Shown: piece by piece, positions 1 through 13,741 of the stretch
How the letters are laid out: each line of letters begins with the position of its first letter
How positions within the stretch are numbered: the first letter of the stretch is position 1
Source: the human T2T-CHM13v2.0 reference genome, Homo sapiens
Strand: one strand, 5' to 3'
NCBI RefSeq assembly: GCF_009914755.1
Contig: NC_060927.1
Length of the DNA stretch: 64,000 bases
The notes under the pieces: model-generated
What the model saw: the letters and a program-made list of their open reading frames with translations, nothing else
What the model was told of the DNA's origin: nothing
Databases searched by the model: none
Translations under genes and position numbers: made by a program

Positions 1-495
<495 letters not shown>

Positions 496-2139
496 AGTAA
501 CGGGAGCAATTTTATGCCAGGACTGATAACCCCTTATCCAATCACTGACATCTGGCTAGAAGTCCCCAGACACTAAACCCTCACCCCTCAACAGAGGAGG
601 TATCAGTTCCCTCTGGTCATTTGCAGCTGCCTCCAGGCCTTGAGTGAGGCTGCCAGAACTGGGCCCAGTAAAGTGGGGTAGTCCGAGCATGAAACACTTA
701 CTCCAAGACAGGAGGGGCTCGGCCCTGAGGCTGGATCTACCCCTGGGCCAATATTTCTGGTGCCAACTAAGAGTGCCAGGCATTGTACATAGGGATGGAT
801 GATAAGACATGATACAGTCACAGCACCAGGGAAGTAGAAAAGGAAAGAAGGGACGCTTCCTTGGCTCCAAGGAGGGGATGGTATCTGAAGATGGGCAAGA
901 CTTGGAGATGGAGAGAAGGAGCACCCCAACAGTGGGAATGACAAAAGCAAAGGCAAGTAGGCTGGAAAGCACTGGCTGTGCAGCTAGCGCTGCAGCGGGA
1001 GCTGGGGACAAGGGGACAGAGATCCGGCAACGGTGCAGAGTAGGCCCAGAAGAGATGACAATGCTATCTTCAAGGCGGTGTTTGGAGACCTGGTCAAATC
1101 CCAAGATCTGCCCAGACTGACCCTATGGCCAAGGGCCCTCAGTTTTCTACCGTGAACTAGTGCAAAGTTTCTCAAATATTAGGGTCATTAGGATCACCTG
1201 GGACAGGTTGCCAGGCTCCTCCTCCAGCGAGGACCTTCAGAGGTCCCAGGGTCTAGGGACTTTCTCAGGAGAGGTGAAAGCTGAGTAAAGAATGGCCAAG
1301 GGCCCAAGAGGACACTGTGGGCAGACAGTACAGCATGTATAAGGCCCACTCCCTACATAGCTAAGGTATGAGGTGCATGTAGACAAAGGAGGAGAGGTGA
1401 AGCCAGAGAAGTGGACCAGGCTCACAACACAACAGCCCTACCAATAAACTGGGACTTCACCCCGTAGGCAACAAGGAGCTATCAGAGACTCCCGAAGCCT
1501 GTAGGATCCTGGCAACAGCTCCCCTAGTCACTCACATAATACAACTCCTGTCTCAGCATGCTTCCCCAACCAACATCAGTCTCCACCCTTTAATATTACC
1601 TACTACTCCTTAAAATCTGGCCTCGGATCCCCTCTGTACAACTATTAGGTCAAAATCAAATAAGCAATTTGACCTAGGCAATTCACACTATGTCAGAAAC
1701 ACATCTCAGACAAGGAGAGCCAGGCAGTGAAGACAGATGATAAACAGAGATGGAAGCTGTCATGGAGGCAGACTGGTCCAGCCTGGGACAAGGCGGCCAG
1801 CTGTGCTCTCCCCAGATCATATCTGTTCCTCTTGAGCTTTCTCTTCCTCATTCGGAGGAACTCCAGGCTTCTCTAAATGGGTTCATGACCCTTGGAGGAA
1901 GGGGAAAAAGGGACACAGAGAGGAGATAAGATGGTTCACAATGAGTTTGACCAGATCCTACTGAAATACCTTAAGAGCAATGAGAAGTGTCACTGCAACT
2001 TCAACACTTCCAGAGGCCTCACCAAGGCCCTCTCCAGTTGCTCAGGATGACTACTGGTGACCAGTCCCATCCTCAGAAGTCAAAAACTGAGGAACATAAA
2101 CAGAGGTGCAGACTCTGAAGGCAGTGCTGAACCCTGCAA

Positions 2140-3640
2140 CGTTAGCAAAATGGGGGCGCGCGGACTCTCCTGGGGGCTGCGCTTAACTGGGGGAGAGGAA
2201 AACGAGGCGGTCATTAAAAACGCAGCTCCACTCCTCAGCACCAGCTGAGGGCGTCTGGCTCCCGGACACGCCCCCGAACGAGCCCTCCCGCAGGTTGTGA
2301 ACACTACATTGCAAGCGGGCAGCTCAGGGAAGATCCTACCCGCTAGTTCCCCGGATCCCCTCCGGGAGCGCAAACTGACCTCGCCTAGGATGGGGTGGGC
2401 CACCCACCGGGAGCCCCCAGCCGCGGCCCGCTCACCTTGCACTTGAAGCCAGCGGCGGGCGGCAGGAGCTCCCGCAGCAGGCCCTTGGCCACCTCGCGGC
2501 TGGCCTCCTCGCTCACGAAGTGAAGGTTAAGCACCTCGTGCGCCTCGAACTTGGCGAGGCGCAGCAGTGAGCGCAGCGCGACGCGGGCCTTGGCCTGCAG
2601 CGCGGCATTGTGCTCCGCCTTGGTGAACATCATCAGCAGGTGGTAGTCCACCGGCCCGGCACCGCCGCCCTCCAAGCTCTTGGCCTTCGCGCCGGGGGCT
2701 GGCGCCACGGAGCCCCGCGCTAGCTCCAGCGCGGGCGGCGAGGGCGCGGCGGGAGCCCCGGCGCGGGCCTCCTTCAGCCTCTTGGTGGCGCTGGAGAAGG
2801 TCTCCCGGCCTGAGCCGAGGTAGTAGAAGGCGCAGACGGCCAGCGCCGCGGCCAGCAGCAGGGCGCAGTAGTGGGAGCGCACAGCGCCCAGGCGCGCCAT
2901 GGCCCGAGCGCATGGGAGCCCGCCTCGGAGGAGGCCCATGCGCTACGAGACCGCGGCGCCAGCGGTGCCAGCAACGCGGGAGAGCCCTCGGGTACCCGGA
3001 CGCCGGCGGCCACTTAGCCCCGGCGCCAGGCGGCGGCCATGAAAGGGGCGGGGCCGCGCCGCCTGGAGCCAATCGCGGGCGCCGGTGCGCGGAGGGGCGG
3101 GGCCGGGCGTGCCGAAACCGCTGGGTCCTAGGTTCCAAGGGTATTAGAGGAGGGGTTAGGGTGGGATCCGGCGCCCGGCGTTGGGAGGGGGGGATTCCGG
3201 ACTCCAGCGTGCTGAGGGCTGGCCCGCTGTCCCGGCTGAGAAATGGCGCCCTACGCGGCGAGCCCCAGAGGATATCCAAGCTGAGTGTTGAAGGGAATGG
3301 AGGCGCCCGAACAGAGGAACTTAGGTTAGCCAAAAGCGAAGCTGGAGGCACCAAGAGGTAAAACTTTAATCTCTGCACCTTTTTTCCCTCAATTTCTTGG
3401 AGGCTTTAAGCCGTCTCGGCCTCTCCCTGCACACGAGCTGCAGCTAGGCAATTTAAACCGGCAGCTCCTCCCTTTTCCCCCGCCCTGGGAGGAAATGGCC
3501 CGGGCCGCACGTCGCGCCGGAGGCCGAGCGGAGGGAGGCTGGAGGATGTGGCCAGCAGGGGGCCCCCGCCGCCCGCACGAACCTGCGAGGCTGCTCCCCG
3601 AGCCCCAGCACCGCAAAGCCCTGGAGGGCGACATTCATCC
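2140..3640. promoter_or_regulatory. CpG island / TATA-less promoter of XXYLT1
   Basis: Very high GC and CpG density around exon 1; GC boxes GGGGCGGGGC at 3045-3054 and 3094-3103 flank a CCAAT at 3069-3073; YY1-like ATGGC motifs near 3031-3041 and 3241-3250. Confidence 0.88.
2436..2939 (-). CDS. XXYLT1: XXYLT1 coding exon 1 (168 codons: cytoplasmic tail, TM signal-anchor, stem, start of GT8-type catalytic domain)
   Basis: ATG at 2939; MGLLRGGLPCARAMARLGAVRSHYCALLLAAALAVCAFYYLG... type II membrane topology; ends ...AAGFKCK at phase-0 donor AAG|GTGAG (intron starts 2435); recognised as XXYLT1 N-terminus. Confidence 0.95.
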
Positions 3641-3659
3641 ACTTTTGTTTTATAAACAG

Positions 3660-3785
3660 ACTTTTAACACTTTATCAAGAGCCTCCTTGAGGGTACCAGG
3701 GAGTTTTGCACGCCGAGGTCACGTGCCCAAAGTCACACAGCTAGCCAGTAGCAATTTTGACCCTAGGCAGTTGCACACTGCTAAC
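3660..3785 (+). mobile_element. MIR fragment
   Basis: gaggtcacgtgcccaaagtcacacagctag...ttgaccctaggcag resembles the MIR core. Confidence 0.55.
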
Positions 3786-4361
3786 TAGATAAAAACGTAC
3801 TAACTTCAGTCTTCTAAGAATTGAGGCTATACCAGTAGTTTTTAAGTAAACACGTGCAAGTGCTGTGCATGCTGTCTAAATAGACAAAGAACTTGAGTAA
3901 GTACAGTAACCCTTCAGTTCTTTGGCCAAGTTCTCTGATTTCTGACCAGAGATTAGGTAAACGGTTTTTCCTGTTATTTCCACATTGTAAGGTTGCATGG
4001 ATTATCCAACCTCTCTGCTTCAGACCTTGGCTTACATGTCACTACCTACACAAATGATCTCTAAATACCTCCTATCCAGTGTCTGGGCTAAGTGCCATCC
4101 TCAATAATTCTGTGAGGGCCACCTAAATATATGTACTACCCTAGTCTCATCTTTCTTCATTGCAAGAACACGTGACTCCAAGAGAACAGAATATACATTT
4201 GTTTTTTATTAACCACAATATACCCAGTACCTAACACGGTGCCTACCACATTGGATGAGTCTCAAAAATATACTCAACCATTGAAACAGCATTTTTATTT
4301 CTAGAAAATCTTCCTAATAATTTAAGAATGTTCAAAATATTTAACCATAAGAATAAAGCAA

Positions 4362-5010
<649 letters not shown>

Positions 5011-5147
5011 TAAAGCAAAGCTAGGTTCATGATGGCAAAAAATCAGAATCAAATGGTCATCAATAAAGTGGTTAAAGCTAAAATAATGCAGTCATTAAAA
5101 GTGATGTTTTCAACAAACTGCAGGTGGAAATTTAAAAAACTAACAAA

Positions 5148-5300
5148 TGGGTGAGGTGGCTCATACCCGTACTCCAAGCTATGTGGGAGACTGAGGTGGG
5201 AGGATCACTTGAGCTCAGGGGTCCAAGGCTGCAGTGAGCTACGATCGCCACAGGACTCCAGCCTGGATGACAGTGCGAGACCCCAATTCCAAAAAAAAAA
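5148..5300 (+). mobile_element. Old Alu monomer (FRAM/AluJ-like)
   Basis: Diverged Alu right-arm sequence with A tail. Confidence 0.75.
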
Positions 5301-5770
5301 TAGTAATGGTAACAAATGGAAAAAAAAACCTACAGAGACTAAGAAACATATTCACCAACTGCAACGTATGGAACTTATGTGAATTCTGATTTGCACGATC
5401 TATTTTAAAAATCGTATTTGAGAAACCAATTTGAATATTGATTATGTAGTTTTACAGTTTAAGAAGTGTTACGATTTTTTAAAGTCCTCAACTTTTAGAT
5501 GTACATACGGAATGATTTGCTGGTGAAAGGTCTAGGATCTGGTTCCAAAAAGTCCAGGAAAGGGGAAAAATGGGTAGGAGAACAAATATAAGCCATGAGC
5601 TTATAGCTATTGATTTTCTCTACCTGTACATGCTTGAAATTTCCCATAAAGTTCTCCCCATCTATTAAGTGAAAGAAGTGGGTAACTGTATGATCCCATT
5701 ATATAAATGTATGAATACACACACCCAAAGGTCTAGAAGGGTATACACAAAAAAGTAACAGTATCTCCCT

Positions 5771-5962
5771 CAGTGCTATCCAGTAGAACTTCCTGTGACA
5801 ATGTATATATTCTACAATCTCCCCTGTTCAAAACAATAGTCACTAGCCACATGGGGCTATAAAGTTCTTAAAATGTAGCAGTACGACTGAGGAAATGAAC
5901 TCTTTGTCTAATTCCAATTAAGTAGCCACATGTAGCTAGTGAGTTCCATTTTGGACAGCACA
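5771..5962 (+). mobile_element. MER3-like hAT-Charlie MITE
   Basis: cagtgctatccagtagaac...tagccacatgtagctagt...ttggacagcac; terminal inverted repeats and internal palindrome. Confidence 0.75.
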
Positions 5963-6643
5963 AGATAATGGAATTGTGGATGATTCTCTTGCTTCTTCTT
6001 AACATTTCTCCACAAGCAAAAAGCTTTGTGTTTGCAATAATTGAAAAATTAAACTGTTTTCACTTAAAATATTTATAGACTATTGATGTGGGTTCTCCAC
6101 AGAACTATTCTGAAAATGAAATGAAGCTGAATAAAGCAAGTTATATTGAAAAGTTTATGTGTCTGCTTTCAATTAGCTTTTTTTTTTTTAAAGCAAATGC
6201 AGGTGATACACTTCCAGTTTGGTTTTTTCAACCTTCCATTCCTTCAGTCCCAATTCACTGACAAACGTGTGTGTGTCTGTTTACTAAAAGGATAAAATGG
6301 GAATGTGCTGCATAGATTAGGAACATTAATGTCAATCATAATGGAAAAAACTTAGAGCAAGCCCCTCCCCCCACCCCCCAAAAAAAACCTTTTATCTTTT
6401 TGCCAATGAATTAGGGGCTATAACAGCTCTGTGAACAAAGAGAATTATATACTTAAAAGATCCAAATGGATTTCTTGATTGAAGTAATCAGCAAATAGGA
6501 TGAATGTGGATTTGAAAGGGCTGGGAAGAAATACCTTAAAAATAATAGTACCTTAAAAATAACTGCTGTTGACAGATATGTTCACAGTGTATTTCACAAG
6601 AAAATGTAAATCACCATGAAAGAACTAAGCCAGAGGTGAGATC

Positions 6644-6649
6644 TTTATT
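6644..6649 (-). terminator. ACAP2: AATAAA polyadenylation signal of ACAP2 (distal)
   Basis: tttatt on + strand; many upstream UGUA motifs (6670-6800) in mRNA sense; sits at the end of the TE-poor AT-rich UTR. Confidence 0.75.
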
Positions 6650-9607
6650 GACTTATTGTAATTTTTTGGCATACAAATTACTTAAGTATATTTACAATTC
6701 TTACATAATGTACATTTTAGAAGATAATGTACTTTGCTCCATTTACAATGACAAACTACTGTAAAACTACATTCATGAATTAGATACAAATCCTCTACAT
6801 ACTAATAAAAAGTAAATGGACTGTTGGTTATACATTCTTTAAAATATACCTTTTCACAGGTAGCAAGAAATAGTACATGTAATAAGTCTTTATGACTGGA
6901 ATGATCCAGAAATATCACAAAGCATGAGTAAACACATATATAAAAGTAGCTCATCATTTCCAAAAGTTAACCTTTAGCCTTTGTGTAAAATAAATGGTGC
7001 CAACAATCTTTATAATGTAGCAAGCTTTCCCTGTTTAATATCCAAAAAATGGAGGGTGGGGAGGTTGAAGAAAAATAAGAAAAGTTAGCAAATAAGATAG
7101 TGAAAAGACCAATGCAGAGAAAAGTTTATGTAATCAAATCTTGCTTTGTCTCCACATTATCACATTTTAAGTGGATAAATTTATGTAAACAGAAAAAGAT
7201 GTCCACAAAACCATATCTGTAGATGTCATTTGGAAGCATCAAGAAATTGATAAGTATGTGGTGAATTAAAATTACTTTTATAATGTTTTGCTTTCATTAA
7301 TGTTTGTTATTGCAAAAATGTAAGATTTCCTACAATTTTGTCTTCAAATCCCAATCTAGCCCTTCAAACTTTTATCCAGGTTCTCCAGAATATTTGGAGT
7401 CTTTGTTATCAAAGCACAAGGAAAGCTGGCATTCATTATCAGACTTCGCTGCTTTACAATGATTTCAAATCATTTCATGATACAAATAAAGTGCCTCTGA
7501 CTGGTGGTCAGTCAGACCTGGGTAATGGTGCCAATTCTGCCACCAGCTAGCAAATCAAGTGACCCTGCTCTGTAAAACAAAAGGAGCACCCTAGGATCAA
7601 AAAAGTAGACAACTTTGGAGCTTAGATTAAGATCTCAGAAATCCTACCATGAGAATCCAGTGAGATAAAGCAATGCCAAGTACACTGTAAGTAGCAAAAC
7701 AGTATACAAAGGGATGCTTCTATATTTTCACCTTGTTTCATTACACTCATTTTAATTGTGAGGAGCCCTGAATCCAAAAAGGGTAGTGACGACTAGTCCA
7801 GTGCTCCTTCCACCGTATCATGCGGTTCTAAAGTCATTCTGGACATACAATCTACAAAAATACATCATTTTTCCAGCTCATGTCCATGATCCAAAGTGAT
7901 ATTATACACAAGTGTTATCTGACAATATAAGAATGATCTGGGAATGTCTGTTCAAAACGGTAGTAAATTTAGTCTTAAACACAATTTCATTTACTGCGAC
8001 CATACTTAACATGCATAAAATATTTTTAAAATACAAACTTAAATTGGCCAGATTCTGAATGTGTACTTTTTTTCTTTTTCAAAATGCACTCATGAAGAAC
8101 CAAAGTTCATATTCCAAATTAAATCTGTATGTCTGGAAAAGTAACCAATCAAAGTTCATTAAAATATACAGTGAAAACCGGTATAAATTAGGCAAACACC
8201 ATAATCTAATGAATATCAGGAAATTTCTGAGTTTCTAAGGATTGTATTAAAGGTAACTTTTTAAAACCTTAGAAATCTTAAGCACATAAATGTTATAATG
8301 AAGCATTTGCAAATGACTGCTCAATTACTTTTATTCTAGCTCTAACATGAAATTGCATTTTATTAACTCTTCATAGTGCTGCTATTCTTATTTTGATATT
8401 AATCTAACTTTCAAGTTAGTAAGCTAATGATAATGAGCTAACAGATTAATAATAAGGAATAAGAAAATAATAATAGCAGATAAGTTATGGAAAGAAAATA
8501 AAAGGCCAATCACATTGACTAATGAAGCCCAAAAGCATGATTAACTAAGATTTCTTATAATGCACTGAATAATTCACAGCATAACATAATTCAGATTTGT
8601 TACATACCATATAAAAGCTATTAGTTGACATGGCTAAATTCACCTAAGAGCCAACCTACCTTGTAACTATTAATTTAATTTAAAGCCTTGCTGTTTACTC
8701 CATCATTTCTGCCAAATGTAGTCCAAATTGGGTCTCAGCATATTCAAGAAATCAAGCCACAGAAATGTGTACTTGTATTGCTAGGCTCCCTGCAATATTA
8801 AAGATTTTGCTTTCTCTGAAGATATTCTGAACCATGATCATCTTTAAGGCACTTCAAATACATTTCTGACCACTAAATTTAAGTAGATACTAATTAATTA
8901 CTGCCATATTAACAATTCATCACGTAAGCCACAGGAGGCAAGAGTCTCATAAGGAATTGCCTTCACAACCACAGAGATTCCAGAGGTGATCTGAATGAAA
9001 CACGCACCAATGGCCAGATCCAAAAGGAAAACTACCTAGACTTCCTCAGATAAAAGTCAGGATCTTTAGGAATTAAAACAGGAAGGGACACTATAAAGGA
9101 AAAGTGAGGTTTTTTCTTTTTCTTTAACGTACTTCTTTTCTTTGAGCTTCTTGGTCAAATAATTTCAAGGTACATGCTAATAAAAACTACAAATCAGATT
9201 TTTGCCTTTAGTGAAGGTGCCTAAAAAGCCAGATGATCTATGACTTTGAGGTGAAACAGCAAAGATAAAGATTTAATGTTCCTGTTATTGTTATAATTAA
9301 ATACAATGCTGTGGAAGTTAGCATTTCCTCAGAAGTAATTCACAAATATATTTTTATCCTTATCTAACATACAGTGACCATTACTAAATAAGCATTACAT
9401 GCATGCAGTTTGGCCAAATTATGGAACCTTTTCTGTAATGTGAACTTATTTCAATATAATTCCTGCTTGGCTAGATTCTGATTTGATGTTTAATCAACTT
9501 ATAAAACCCTAGTGACTGGGAAATGTTAGAAAATTTATCTATAATTGGATCATAAAGTTTTTATATATTTTAAAACCTCTTATTTAGAAAGAGTATCAAT
9601 AATATCA

Positions 9608-10030
<423 letters not shown>

Positions 10031-11208
10031 CTAATTTGTAGCATATAAATGGTAATGTTTATCCATAATATTTTGGAATTCAGGGGTCTGTGAATCATGT
10101 AACCGAATACTAAAGCTATATACACGATATAATTTAAAAGAATGTACACTGTGTACAAGTACACAAAATAGATGTAGAAAAAATAAACAGCAATTTATTG
10201 CTATATATTTTAGTATTAACTAAGAATAAGTGGGGTTCTTTTTCTCCTTTGTACAGAGATTTTTCTTTCACTAGGAGCAACAGCAAAACTATCTTTAAAA
10301 GGACAAATTTCAAATATAAAAATGGCCTACATGATTTTATAAATTGATTTTTCCTTTAAAGTTTTGATGAAGGCATAATTTTGTGACATTCAAGTAACCT
10401 TTAAAACATACTTTTATTCCATCGATACATCTGTCAAGGTTTTGGGGAATCAACCCAACAATGAAGAACTACACATTTTGAACTGGGGTTTTTTTTTGTG
10501 ATTAAAAAAAAAAAAGAGCTTCTTTTTGCTGCATAAAATAAATCTAAAGGACTGAATTATGGTCTACCTGTACAGCCATTATACATACATACATTAAAGT
10601 ACTGGACAATAACCTGTCACCTAAGAAGTATAACCGACCGCATTTATGAACAAACGGGGAAAACACATTCTCTAGTTCTAATAAATCATATATTATGTGT
10701 ATGAAAGCTAGGTTACCAAAAACACATCAACACACACACCTATTTCTGAACCACCAAAAAGCCTCAGGGAAGCTAAAGAAAACACATATTCTTGAGGCAG
10801 GCAGGACAGTTGGCTTCCACTTGATGAAGACATGCTTGACTGAGTGATCCTGGGCAAGATGCATGGAGGAAAAAAATCAATGCCACCACCCATTGGCAAA
10901 AGAATCACTTTTGTCTAACCTCCTATCATCTTGTAACCTAGAGATGGCCTAAATCTAGACTGAACTTCTGTCTACAGAAATAGCCCTTTAAATAGGCTTT
11001 TTTAATAAAAGAGGTCCTAAACTAGGTTCCTCTCCTACTACTAGATAACTATGTTTTAATTTATAAATATATGAATGGGTACCTCTTTTCCAAGCCATTC
11101 AATATCTACCAAAATTAAGTAGAATTAAAGCAGTAAAAAAATTGTGATTTTTTAGCTGTATACATTAGGGGGTCACCAGATTTCATATTTTCCCATTTTT
11201 AAAAAAAT

Positions 11209-11309
11209 TCAGAATTTCTGTGAATCTTGCTGGAAACGATTTAGTTTCTCTGGATTATTGGATGCCATTTGGGAAAAATCACGAAATATGTCCTGATAAG
11301 TTTCATCAC
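11209..11309 (-). CDS. ACAP2: ACAP2 last coding exon (inferred exon 23): (G)DETYQDIFRDFSQMASNNPEKLNRFQQDSQKF*
   Basis: Acceptor tgcag|GT, phase 1 matches the upstream exon; TGA at 11209-11211. Confidence 0.95.
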
Positions 11310-11740
11310 CTGCATGAAATAAAATAAAGACACTTTAAACATTTACACAAGTATGAATCAAACAACATTCATATTTATTACTAGTACTATTTTATAATTC
11401 ATTACATTAAAATTTTGTTCAGATGAGCATTTTTGGAAGAAAAGGGGCAACTAAAAATAAATGCTGAAAAATTATGCAATGAAAGAAAAAAAAAAACTAT
11501 ACCTGAAAAAAGCACCTCAGATGCAGCCACAGAAGAAAGCTCAGAGTTAGAAAAGAGCAAAGATGCAAGTGTTTTAAAGCAATGTAAAGAAATACGTTTA
11601 TTAACACACGGGGGGGAAAAGTCATTCTAAATGAGGTGGAGTAAATGAGACCTTCTTTAAATAAATATTTCCCTTGATAAAGGCCAAAAGAAATGACTAA
11701 AACCAAATACTAATGTTTTGGATGGATGCAAGTTATTAAC

Positions 11741-11774
11741 AAGACAAACTGATAATCAAGACAAACTGATAATC
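11741..11774. repeat. 17-bp tandem duplication AAGACAAACTGATAATC x2
   Basis: Directly visible. Confidence 0.85.
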
Positions 11775-11905
11775 AGATAGGGAAAAATAATACTATCTTT
11801 TAATTAAAAGCAATTTGAAAAAGTAATTTTTTACTCAAACTTTAATGCGTAATTAAAACTAATGCACCTAATCCACTGCTTCCTAAACTCATAAAATAAA
11901 AATCT

Positions 11906-12050
11906 AGCTGGGTGCAGTGCCTCACGCCTATAACCCCAACACTTTGGGAAGCTGGGTGGGGGGGTTGGGGGGAGAATTGGTTGAGGCCAGGAGTTCAAGA
12001 CCAGTCTGGGCAACATAGCGAGACTACATCTCTACAAAAATTAACAACAA
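11906..12050 (+). mobile_element. FLAM / Alu left monomer
   Basis: Left-arm Alu sequence only. Confidence 0.75.
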
Positions 12051-12070
12051 AATCCTAGAAAATGGCTTTA

Positions 12071-12490
<420 letters not shown>

Positions 12491-13004
12491 TTAGAAAAAT
12501 AAACGTGTATATGTACAAATATGTTTACCGAGAAATAGATTATAGATACTGATATTATAGCTGACTGAATACCATTTTTCTTGTCATGAGAAACTAAATA
12601 TACACACACATACAGATCAATCCCTCAGACGAAGGAATCTTATTTTCAAGATAAATCGTTGATCATGAATGCTTCCTGCTAAACATTAGCCTTATACAAA
12701 TGCTTGGCATAATTCTGTTCTCAAGATTTCAACCATAAAATACTGTTTTTGATTATTATTGTAACATTTTAAAATTATCTCCTATAAGATACCTTGCATC
12801 CACCTTATAACACACTCATTGCTACAGATGTTGTTAATAGTGCAGTAAGTTTTGTCAGTTTTTAAAAAGTGAGATTTTTGAAGCAAGAGATGTCATACCA
12901 AAAGCTAGAGAATTAGAAAAAAGTTGAGGATAGGAGTAAAGATCTAGTAAAAAGGTCTAACAGCATAAGCCAAGATTTTGAATTAAAAAAATGTTAATAC
13001 TTTT

Positions 13005-13326
<322 letters not shown>

Positions 13327-13735
13327 TCACTTTTTGTATTTAGTCTAGGTAAAAAGCAACTATTAACATCTCTATATAGTTTTCATTTAGCCCTGGAAAT
13401 TTATTCCCGACCTGAATCAATCAATTAAACCTCATCAGTCTACTTTAAAAAGAAAAAAACAGTAAGAAGAGATTATTAACAGGTGGCTGAGAGTAACATC
13501 TAACTCATATTGACATGACTAAAATAAAAGGTTGATACGTTGGAACAGCTGGTAAGACAATCCAATTATACCCATGGTTTTGTAAAAGTTCACTTCCACA
13601 TCAAAAGACAAACATTGCTATTCTCATTTTAACCATTCTAAAAGATAGAAAATAAATAGAGCAACATTAAATAGCAACAAACCATATAAAATATTTTTTC
13701 TAATTTGCAGATGTTGAATTAAAATATGTAAAATA

Positions 13736-13741
13736 TTTATT
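13736..13741 (-). terminator. Candidate intronic AATAAA for the alternative (exon 22-extended) 3'UTR
   Basis: tttatt on +, with a GU/U-rich element downstream in mRNA sense (TGGTTTGTTGCT ~13674-13685); lies near the end of an Alu-free AT-rich block; other AATAAA at 14568, 15674, 16154. Confidence 0.45.

Noticed and set aside
556-1425. Overlapping ORFs of 60-182 aa in XXYLT1 intron 1
   Set aside because: No recognisable domain, overlapping on both strands, no splice support; chance ORFs in GC-moderate intron.
2374-2435. Cryptic donor GAG|GTCAGT 56 nt downstream of the XXYLT1 exon 1 donor
   Set aside because: Its use would include a TAG stop (2385-2387); no evidence of use from sequence alone.
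2527-3788. Long Arg/Pro/Gly/Ala-rich ORFs (e.g. 283 aa at 2527-3378, 149 aa on +)
   Set aside because: Stop-codon depletion in the CpG island; they are alternative frames of the XXYLT1 exon and promoter.
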